From Patescibacteria group bacterium (GTDB taxonomy: Bacteria > Patescibacteriota > Patescibacteriia > 2-12-FULL-57-11), in assembly GCA_004299275.1 (NCBI GenBank), contig SCSU01000052.1:1-51014 (forward strand): a stretch of 51,014 bases of DNA. The letters run 5' to 3'. Made by a program: the position numbers and the translations under genes. Position 1 is the stretch's first letter; every line of letters begins with the position of its first letter. Shown here in pieces: positions 44,280 through 51,014 of this stretch. A model generated the notes under the pieces. The model saw only the letters and a list, made by a program, of their open reading frames with translations, had not been told where the DNA came from and searched no databases.

Positions 44280-46409
44280 TCACCTTCGGTATTCAAATAT
44301 CATCACCTTGCCGCTGGCGATTGACCAAAAGCTGTCGGCGGTTTTTTGCGCTTCGGCATCGAGTTGCGGAAAGCGTTTCCAGTAGTCGTGGAGCATCAGG
44401 TAAACCGTATCCACGCCGTAATCGTCCAGCACTTTTTGCATCAGCTCGCGCGTCGGACCATTGTATGTCGCCTCGAGATAGTAGCCGTAAAGCTTGAGAC
44501 TGCCAGATGGGTGTGAGTAATAGAATTCGTCTTTAACGTAGCGGGAAAAACCGTAGCGCCAGATTTCCGCCGCCGCCGCGGTTTGGTTGGCGAGAACAAC
44601 ATAACTGCCGCTTGCCCGTGTGTGGAGGAAATCCACGGCTTCCACGGTCGCCGCGGAAACGCTCCGGTTGCCGGTTTTTTCTTCCGGGTCAACTCGGGGA
44701 TAGGCCAGATAGACTGCGGCGGGGACGGCGAGCGACAAGGCCAGCGCGAGAGCCAGACGGCGGTAGGGAGTTCGCAAAAATTTTTCGGCAATGAGGATTG
44801 CTCCCGAGAGAGCGAGAGGAAAAAGGAAGATTCCGGCGAGGCCGACAAAGCGGACGGGGAAAATCGCTTGTTCATAACCGATAATGCCCGGGAGTTTGAC
44901 GGCAGCGGCAAGCAGGAAGCCGCCCGCCGCGGTCGCGAGCGCGCCGGCGATGAAGACGCCGGCTAGCCGACGTTCACCCTGCTTCTTTCGGAGCGCGAAA
45001 AGTAAGGCGAGCAGCAGCACGATTAGCGGCAAATAAGTCCGCGCTGAATAGATGAGCGTGCGTCCGGGAGAAAAGGTGCGCAAGGTTGGCGCCGGAAAGA
45101 CGGTTTGCGCGAGCTGGGTGAGCCGTTCGCGGCCGCCTTGGAGCGAGAGCGCTGGCGCGAGGCGGCTTTGGGAGAAAAAGGCCGCGGTGGGGAAGATGAG
45201 CAATGCCGCGAGGCAGGTGGTAACGAATCCTCGGCGGAGCCGAGGATTTTTTACGCGCGCTCGGGAGTAGGCGAGCGCGAGCAGGAGCAAGGCGGGAACG
45301 CCGGCGAGTGGATGGACGGCGAGCGCGGCTAGCGCGGCGGCAAGAGGTAAGAGCCAGCGTTCTTTTTGCTGGATGGCGCGGAAGGCAAAAACCGCCGCAA
45401 GCAGGGCGAGGGCATTGGCGATGCCTTGCGGCGTGGTAGCGATAAAGTCTGCAAGCGGTCCGAAGGCGGCCAATAAAATTGCCAAGGGGAGAGAGGTGGT
45501 AAGTAGAGCGGCAGAGACGAGCGCGAGCCAGCCGACAGCCGGACCGGCAAAACGATTGACCTCATGGAGCGGCAGAGCGGTCAGCCGCGAGAACGACACT
45601 AAATCAACATAGGCGCCGATGTAGTAGGGTGTTTTGGGAAGCACGGCGCCGTTCGCGGCAATCTCGCGCATGGCCGCCTCGTGGATAAAGGGGTCAAAGC
45701 CGTAGCCGATTTTATAAATCGCGGCGCCGGCAAAAAGTCCGAGACCGAGAGTGAATGCGGCGAGAATGGCGGCGAGCCGCCGTTCGGTGAGTTTTGTTCC
45801 GAGGGTGACAGCGGCAAAGACAGCCAAGCCGAGGAGCGGCAAAAATCGCGGCGAGACAACTTCCCATGGCGTGCGGATGGCTTCGACTGTTCCCGAGTTA
45901 AAAAGAATTACGGCCGCTAAAACGAGTGAGGTTAAACCAATAAGAGCGACAAGCAATTCAAGTTTCGAGGTCCCGAGTTTCGAGATTGGATCTCCCCCGC
46001 CTACGCTAAAGCTTCCTCCTTCGCTTGCGCTACGGCGGACAGGTCGGCGGGCAGGCGTGGAGATCCAATCTCGTCCAGCTGCACCCCAAGCAAAAAAACC
46101 GGCAACCGCGCCGAGCGCGAGTAAGGCGACGATTGCGAACAAATTCCATTGCCAGAGGTAATAGACAGCCGTGGCGGCAATGGTCCACGAGGCGACGACC
46201 AAGAGCGCGCCGCGAATAACCAAGGTCAGACCTCCTGCAGGAGGTCTGACCTTGGACGCCACCGCGCTGGAAAGCAAAAACCCGTACAAAAGCATTGCCG
46301 GCACTCCCAAAAAAGGCGTATGAAACACAGCGGCATTCAAGGCCAGAGCGGCTACCGCGAGCGCCACCCCCATGCTATAGTGTTTGCGATTAAGGCGCAG
46401 AAATTTCAT
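44280..46409 (-). CDS. Large polytopic membrane protein, probable GT-C fold
   Basis: 709 aa, many hydrophobic segments, GYGFDPFIH loop motif, soluble C-terminal domain; carries two in-frame repeat insertions. Confidence 0.6.
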   Translation of the reverse strand: MKFLRLNRKHYSMGVALAVAALALNAAVFHTPFLGVPAMLLYGFLLSSAVASKVRPPAGGLTLVIRGALLVVASWTIAATAVYYLWQWNLFAIVALLALGAVAGFFAWGAAGRDWISTPARRPVRRSASEGGSFSVGGGDPISKLGTSKLELLVALIGLTSLVLAAVILFNSGTVEAIRTPWEVVSPRFLPLLGLAVFAAVTLGTKLTERRLAAILAAFTLGLGLFAGAAIYKIGYGFDPFIHEAAMREIAANGAVLPKTPYYIGAYVDLVSFSRLTALPLHEVNRFAGPAVGWLALVSAALLTTSLPLAILLAAFGPLADFIATTPQGIANALALLAAVFAFRAIQQKERWLLPLAAALAALAVHPLAGVPALLLLALAYSRARVKNPRLRRGFVTTCLAALLIFPTAAFFSQSRLAPALSLQGGRERLTQLAQTVFPAPTLRTFSPGRTLIYSARTYLPLIVLLLALLFALRKKQGERRLAGVFIAGALATAAGGFLLAAAVKLPGIIGYEQAIFPVRFVGLAGIFLFPLALSGAILIAEKFLRTPYRRLALALALSLAVPAAVYLAYPRVDPEEKTGNRSVSAATVEAVDFLHTRASGSYVVLANQTAAAAEIWRYGFSRYVKDEFYYSHPSGSLKLYGYYLEATYNGPTRELMQKVLDDYGVDTVYLMLHDYWKRFPQLDAEAQKTADSFWSIASGKVMIFEYRR
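45981..46073. repeat. Triple-nested in-frame repeat (family A 33 bp containing family D 30 bp containing family D 30 bp)
   Basis: cgagattggatctcc[cccgcctacgctaaagcttc[ctccttcgcttgcgctacggcggacaggtc]ggcgggcagg]cgt ggagatccaatctcg = 93 bp. Confidence 0.85.
46220..46255. repeat. Palindromic element family A variant (36-bp perfect palindrome, in frame)
   Basis: ccaaggtcagacctcctgcaggaggtctgaccttgg (SKVRPPAGGLTLV). Confidence 0.88.
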
Positions 46410-46463
46410 AAATAATATACCTTCGGCATTGTAGCACGAGCGCGTTTAATTTATGGTGTGTGG

Positions 46464-46673
46464 CCCGGCAGTGAAACGCCGACAGTTTAGTAAACGTCAT
46501 CTCGACCAGCGTGGAGAGAACTTCAATTCGGCGATGACGATTGAGAATTGAAGATCCCTCGGCTTCGCTCGGGATGACAGTAAAGTCTAGAATCCAACCT
46601 AATATAGTAAAAACGAATGTTCGCTGGCTGAACCCCACCTGGCGGGGTTCGGAGTCAGCGTTCTACTGCCGGG
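46464..46673 (+). mobile_element. Non-autonomous TIR-bounded structured element, copy 2, carrying a REP-like insert
   Basis: Same termini and inner gaacccc/ggggttc hairpin as 32887-33032. Confidence 0.65.
46496..46578. repeat. REP/REPIN-like element family C (GTCAT...ATGAC), copy 1
   Basis: gtcatctcgacc..gtggagagaacttcaattc...gaattgaagatccctcggcttcgctcgggatgac. Confidence 0.85.
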
Positions 46674-46713
46674 TGGGTGATAGGGAATAGGGGATAGAGT
46701 AAATAAACAATGT

Positions 46714-48324
46714 ATGGAAAAATTTTCGCGCAGGCAAAAAATTCTGCTGGCAATAATCGCTTTCGCCTTTTTTTTCTCGTCGTCCCTGCTCTCTTTCGCC
46801 AACCTTATTCGTCCAGCCGGCATCTCGCCGCATTTTGACTGGCCGGATGAGACGATGAACGCCTTTTTTGCCAAGCGATTTGCCGAGTTCGGCTCTTTGC
46901 GCGCGCCGCTTTTTTTCGGTAGCGAGCTGGTGCGGCCGCGGAGCTTTAACGTGCAAAACGGCGCTCTCGTGCCCGGCGGTTTCCTCGGCCTGCCGCTTTT
47001 ATACGGCGCGGTGATTAAATTTTTCGGAGTGAACGCGTCGCTGTTTGCCACGCCGTTCCTCGCCGCGCTGGCGCTCCTCGCCTTTGGCGGATTAGTTCGC
47101 CGTCTTTTGGGCGCCCGTATTGCGCTCCTCGCCGTGCTCCTTGCCGCGGCGCACCCGGCAGTCTGGTATTACTCGAGCTACAGTTATCTGCCGAATGTTC
47201 CCTATATCGCGTTTCTATTATTTTCCGCGTATTTAGCCGTCGCCGGATTTTCTTCAGCGCAAAAGAAAAAAAAGCTGTTCCTTATCGCGGCCGCCGGCGC
47301 TCTGCTCGGCATCGCGCTCGCTATCCGCACTAATGAAATACTTTGGATTGCCGCGGCGTTAATACTTGCTTTGGCGTTCACCGACGTTTGGCGTCAAGCG
47401 CGGCCGGTTGCGCTTTTCCTCACCGCCGCCGTGATTTTTTTCGCGCCAATTTTTTGGTATCAGTGGCAGACTTTCGGCAGTGCGCTCACTACTGGCTATT
47501 CGCGTTTCACCGAAACAGGCGTCGCGGCGCCGACGGAATTCGCCGCCGCCGCCGCCTCGCCGCTCAAGATCGCTTTTTCCGCCCTGCTCCTGCCTTACGG
47601 GTTTCATCCGCGCGTTATCTGGTACAACTTCTGGCGCTCCTGGCTCGCCTTGGCACCCTGGGCCAGCGTGCCGTTCTTTTTGGCGGCTGCCGCTTGGTTT
47701 TTGCGCAAAAAAAAGCAGCCGGCCGAGCGCGCTTTTTCCGCGGTTATTACCGTGGCGACGGTCTGGCTCCTCGCCGCCTACGGCAGCTGGATGCTCGCTG
47801 ACCCGCTCATGCTTAAGTTAAATACTATTGGCTTGTCGCACGTCCGTTACTGGCTGCCGTTTGTTTTTTTTGACGCGGTGATTCTCGCTTGGGCCCTGGC
47901 GCGTCTTAAAGAGCGGGGGAGAGTGTGGCATTTGGCGACCGGCATTTTTCTTGCCGCCTACCTCGCGTTTTCCGCTTGGCTGGTTTTTTGGAAAGCGCCG
48001 GAAAGTTTGCTTTACGTCGCCGAGCGCGTTCGTCTTTACAACGTCGCCGCGAAAACTATCGTGGAAAAAACCGAACCAAACGCGGTAATCATCACCGACC
48101 GCACGGACAAAGAAATTTTTCCCGACCGGGCGGTAGTAGCCGGTCTTCAGCTCGGCGACCTATCTACAGTCTGTAGCATTTCTGGTCCGGTTTATGTTTA
48201 TACCGTCATGACCGATTTGGAAGATAATGTAGCGGATACCTCTTGGGTGGTTCTGCCTCGTGCCGGTTACGCTCTTTGGCTAGTTGCGGATTCTACCGAC
48301 CGGTGCACCGCTGACACAGACTGA
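46714..48324 (+). CDS. GT-C fold (family 39-like) membrane glycosyltransferase
   Basis: FDWPDE first-loop motif, GIALAIR.NE, RYWLP, many TM segments. Confidence 0.7.
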   Translation: MEKFSRRQKILLAIIAFAFFFSSSLLSFANLIRPAGISPHFDWPDETMNAFFAKRFAEFGSLRAPLFFGSELVRPRSFNVQNGALVPGGFLGLPLLYGAVIKFFGVNASLFATPFLAALALLAFGGLVRRLLGARIALLAVLLAAAHPAVWYYSSYSYLPNVPYIAFLLFSAYLAVAGFSSAQKKKKLFLIAAAGALLGIALAIRTNEILWIAAALILALAFTDVWRQARPVALFLTAAVIFFAPIFWYQWQTFGSALTTGYSRFTETGVAAPTEFAAAAASPLKIAFSALLLPYGFHPRVIWYNFWRSWLALAPWASVPFFLAAAAWFLRKKKQPAERAFSAVITVATVWLLAAYGSWMLADPLMLKLNTIGLSHVRYWLPFVFFDAVILAWALARLKERGRVWHLATGIFLAAYLAFSAWLVFWKAPESLLYVAERVRLYNVAAKTIVEKTEPNAVIITDRTDKEIFPDRAVVAGLQLGDLSTVCSISGPVYVYTVMTDLEDNVADTSWVVLPRAGYALWLVADSTDRCTADTD

Positions 48325-48350
48325 TAATTTGCCGGACAGCAGGGTGCGTT

Positions 48351-48938
48351 ATGCAACAAGCAATAATTAAACGCATTGGCTGGTTAGCGGTTGCGCTCGC
48401 GCTCGCATTTTTTGTCATTTCCGAAATTGGCATTCAGAGAACGCAAACATTGGAGACGGATTTTTTGTCGGGTAATCGCTCTTTTTCCGCTCTCGGTCCG
48501 CCGACGCGGATTGACGGACGCGACGCCACTACCGGCAACACAAAAATCGTCGGCGAGCCGGTGTATTTTGACGTTCGCTTGCCGGTGCTGACCGAACGCG
48601 CAAGCGTGACAATTGTTTGGGACAAAACGCCGACATTGCCAGACCCGCAAATCGGCGTGGTTCTCGGCGGCTTTGACGAACCTGACCAGCGCTTCGCGCT
48701 TTATCCGCCTGAGGCAGTTCGAAGTGATGTCGGGACGTTGGATGTCGGGACGTTGGACGTCCGGCGCTGGACGTCCAACGTCCAAGTTGACCTCCGCGGC
48801 GTGCCGCGGCGCGACGGGGGAGTACGCTTCCTTATCTCCATTCCCGGCGCGTCTTCCACCACGCCGTTTTTCCTCGGCCCTGTACAGATTGCCGCTTCAC
48901 GCCCGCCGTTCGGTGAGGTGTTGAGGAGATTTAAATAA
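48351..48938 (+). CDS. Hypothetical membrane-anchored protein
   Basis: N-terminal TM segment, 195 aa, co-oriented; contains an in-frame repeat insert. Confidence 0.65.
   Translation: MQQAIIKRIGWLAVALALAFFVISEIGIQRTQTLETDFLSGNRSFSALGPPTRIDGRDATTGNTKIVGEPVYFDVRLPVLTERASVTIVWDKTPTLPDPQIGVVLGGFDEPDQRFALYPPEAVRSDVGTLDVGTLDVRRWTSNVQVDLRGVPRRDGGVRFLISIPGASSTTPFFLGPVQIAASRPPFGEVLRRFK
48726..48783. repeat. In-frame 36-bp hairpin (ggacgttggacgtcc-N6-ggacgtccaacgtcc) with overlapping 15-bp tandem duplication
   Basis: Encodes DVGTLDVGTLDVRRWTSNVQ. Confidence 0.8.
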
Positions 48939-48940
48939 TT

Positions 48941-49123
48941 GTCATCTCGACCCTTGTGGAAAGAACTTCAATTCGTCAATGCAATAAGAATTGAAGATCC
49001 CTCGGCTTCGCTCGGGATGACACGGTTTCCGTCATAAAACATCCGTCATCTCGACCCTTGTGGAGAGAACTTCAATTCGTCAATGATAAGAATTGAAGAT
49101 CCCTCGACTTCGCTCGGGATGAC
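48941..49123. repeat. Two tandem copies of REP/REPIN-like family C (48941-49021, 49045-49123)
   Basis: Near-identical to 46496-46578. Confidence 0.88.
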
Positions 49124-49132
49124 AGAGAACCT

Positions 49133-49324
49133 ATGAATCTAAAAACACAGATTTCAGAAATATCCAAACACCTCGCCGCGCCGGTAGCCGCGCTGGCCTT
49201 TGGTTCCCTTTTTTTGGAACTGCTCGCCCCGGGCATCGTCTCGCGTTGGCTTCCATTGCCGCTCTTTTTCTTTAGCTTGCTTTTGTTGGCGCTTGTGGCA
49301 CACTTATTCGCAAATTCGGATTGA
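49133..49324 (+). CDS. Small hypothetical membrane protein
   Basis: 63 aa, two hydrophobic segments, co-oriented with its neighbours. Confidence 0.5.
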   Translation: MNLKTQISEISKHLAAPVAALAFGSLFLELLAPGIVSRWLPLPLFFFSLLLLALVAHLFANSD

Positions 49325-49345
49325 TTCGTTATTCGCAACCTCTGT

Positions 49346-49756
49346 ATGACTGGCTGCATTTTTTGCAAAATCGCGTCCAAGCAGATTCCCGCCAATGTTG
49401 TTTATGAAGACAAAATGACGCTTGCCTTTTTGGACATCCATCCGGTGAATCCCGGGCACACTTTAGTCATTCCCAAAGAACACGCGCCGACGTTGCTTGA
49501 ATCATCTCGCGAGTCAGCGCACGCGGTCGTGGACACGGTGCAAAAAATTACGCCAGCCATTCTCGCCGCGGTCGGTTCGCCGGCATTTAACCTCGGGGTC
49601 AACACCGGTTCAGCGGCCGGACAGGCCGTCCATCACTTCCATCTCCACATTATGCCGCGTTTTGACGCCGACGGCCGCGAGCTTTGGCACGGACGCGAAA
49701 CGGTGCCGGGCGAGCTCGAGGCCGTGGCGGCGAAAATCAAGGAGCGGTTAGAATAA
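49346..49756 (+). CDS. HIT family protein
   Basis: CIFCKI, FLDIHP.NPGHTLVIPK.H, AGQAVHHFHLHIMPR histidine triad. Confidence 0.93.
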   Translation: MTGCIFCKIASKQIPANVVYEDKMTLAFLDIHPVNPGHTLVIPKEHAPTLLESSRESAHAVVDTVQKITPAILAAVGSPAFNLGVNTGSAAGQAVHHFHLHIMPRFDADGRELWHGRETVPGELEAVAAKIKERLE

Positions 49757-49830
49757 TTGTGGAAAAAGTGCTGGTACCTAAAACTCAGCAGGTGCGTAAA
49801 AATGGGTACCGGTGGTATTGGTGATTTTTT

Positions 49831-50847
49831 ATGAAATTACTTGTTTGCGGCGGCGCGGGGTTTATCGGCTCCAATTTTATCCGGCACATCCTTACGGCGC
49901 GCGAGGATGTCCAAGTGATAAATTACGATAAGCTGACTTACGCCGGGAATTTGGACAACCTCGCGGCGGTAGCGGAAAATTCCCGCTATCGCTTTGTCCA
50001 AGGCGACATCAGCGACGCCGAGGCAGTAGATTCGGTTTTTGCCGAACACCAGCCGGACGCGGTGGTCAATTTCGCCGCCGAGACGCACGTGGACCGCTCC
50101 ATTCACCTCGGCTCGCGCGAGTTTGTGCTGACCAATGTTGTCGGCGTGCAAACACTACTTGACGCTTGCCGTCGCCATGGCACGAAAAAGATAGTCCAGA
50201 TTTCAACTGACGAGGTCTACGGTTCGCTCGCGCTCGACGAAACGCGAAAATTCATCGAAACAACGCCGTTCGCTCCTAATCCGCCCTACGCCGCGGCCAA
50301 GGCCGGCGGCGACCTCATCTGCCGCGCCTACTTCCAAACTTTCAAAGTCCCGGTGATCGTTACCCACTGTTCCAACAACTACGGGCCATATCAGTTTCCG
50401 GAAAAGCTGATTCCGTTTTCCATCTTTAAAGCGCTGGCCGATGAACCAGTGCCGATTTACGGCGACGGTCTTTATGTGCGCGACTGGATCCACGTGCTGG
50501 ACCATTGCCGGGCAATCCAGGCGATTTTGGAGCGGGGGAGTGCCGGCGAGGTCTACAACATCGGCGCGGACAACGAACGAGCGAACCTTGACGTGGTCAA
50601 GATGATTCTGGCCGAACTGGGCAAACCGGAAACGCTGATGGAACAAGTTGCCGATCGGCCCGGGCATGACCGCCGCTACGCCATTGATGCCTCAAAAATT
50701 ACCCGCGAGCTCGGCTGGCGGCCGAACTATACGCGGGAAAAATTCGCCGACGGTTTGCGCGAAACAATCAGCTGGTATCGGGAGAACACCGCTTGGGTGG
50801 AAAAATTGCGAAAAAGACAAGCGGAAATTAACGCGCACATTCGGTGA
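49831..50847 (+). CDS. rfbB: dTDP-glucose 4,6-dehydratase
   Basis: GGAGFIGSNF, DKLTYAGN, FAAETHVDRSI, STDEVYG, CSNNYGPYQFPEKLIP, DRPGHDRRYAID. Confidence 0.95.
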   Translation: MKLLVCGGAGFIGSNFIRHILTAREDVQVINYDKLTYAGNLDNLAAVAENSRYRFVQGDISDAEAVDSVFAEHQPDAVVNFAAETHVDRSIHLGSREFVLTNVVGVQTLLDACRRHGTKKIVQISTDEVYGSLALDETRKFIETTPFAPNPPYAAAKAGGDLICRAYFQTFKVPVIVTHCSNNYGPYQFPEKLIPFSIFKALADEPVPIYGDGLYVRDWIHVLDHCRAIQAILERGSAGEVYNIGADNERANLDVVKMILAELGKPETLMEQVADRPGHDRRYAIDASKITRELGWRPNYTREKFADGLRETISWYRENTAWVEKLRKRQAEINAHIR

Positions 50848-50851
50848 GCAC

Positions 50852-50883
50852 GAGATCGGATCTCCTGCAGGAGATCCGATCTC
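50852..50883. repeat. Palindromic element family A, intergenic copy (32-bp perfect palindrome)
   Basis: gagatcggatctcctgcaggagatccgatctc. Confidence 0.88.
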
Positions 50884-50901
50884 TGGCGAACCAGAAGTTG
50901 T

Positions 50902-51014
50902 ATGCCAGAACTCATAACCACCTCCATCCAAGGTCTAGATGTCCATTTGCAAAAAGTCGTCGGCGACTCGCGCGGTATTTTGGCGGAGATGCTCCAGGGC
51001 GGCGTTGAAAATCC
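50902..51014 (+). CDS. Probable dTDP-4-dehydrorhamnose 3,5-epimerase (RmlC-like), 3' truncated
   Basis: MPELITTSIQGLDVHLQKVVGDSRGILAE has the D.RG..E motif; follows rfbB. Confidence 0.65.
   Translation, partial: MPELITTSIQGLDVHLQKVVGDSRGILAEMLQGGVEN

Noticed and set aside
44063-44348. Duplicated gene 3' end as a DGR template/variable repeat pair
   Set aside because: The 10 mismatches are not adenine-specific in either copy or strand, several are synonymous, and there is no reverse transcriptase in the window
46496-49123. Family C elements as integron attC sites
   Set aside because: They lack RYYYAAC/GTTRRRY ends, no integron integrase is present, and they do not delimit gene cassettes regularly
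27917-50883. 32-36-bp palindromic repeats as a CRISPR array
   Set aside because: Copies are dispersed over 23 kb, often inside genes, with no regular spacers and no cas genes

Overview
About 51 kb of GC-rich bacterial DNA devoted almost entirely to surface-glycan synthesis. It is most likely from a Patescibacteria/CPR (Parcubacteria-like) genome. That is an inference from the AT-rich leaders without Shine-Dalgarno motifs, the S8/FG-GAP protease, the short UDP-glucose dehydrogenase, the many GT-C membrane proteins and the dense small palindromic repeats. Positions 1-27951 form one + strand sugar-biosynthesis cluster, apparently split into modules by internal sigma70-like promoters. The first module is for branched or methylated sugars (C-methyltransferase, ThDP enzyme, a PanB-methyltransferase fusion, Zn-ADH). 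The second is for nonulosonic acids (two NeuB, a KdsC-like phosphatase, NeuA, a Gfo-SDR fusion, two GT-B paralogs). The third is for phosphodiester substituents (CDP-alcohol phosphotransferase, NTP transferase, HAD, kinase-like protein). Positions 27963-51014 hold an initiating sugar-phosphate transferase, an S8 protease, GtrA/GT2/GT4/GT-C genes, a HIT protein and rfbB/rmlC. The most unusual signals are: (1) several families of short palindromic elements inserted in frame, and nested inside one another, in protein-coding genes; (2) a two-copy ~20-bp-TIR structured leader element with swappable cargo; (3) a self-contained island encoding an RpoD-like sigma that lacks the promoter-melting WW dyad, next to a Zn-finger/double-sigma4 protein; (4) an ArsR gene bracketed by 24-bp direct repeats. 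I saw no rRNA, tRNA, CRISPR array, transposase or integrase. All family calls are by motif recognition; no database search was run.
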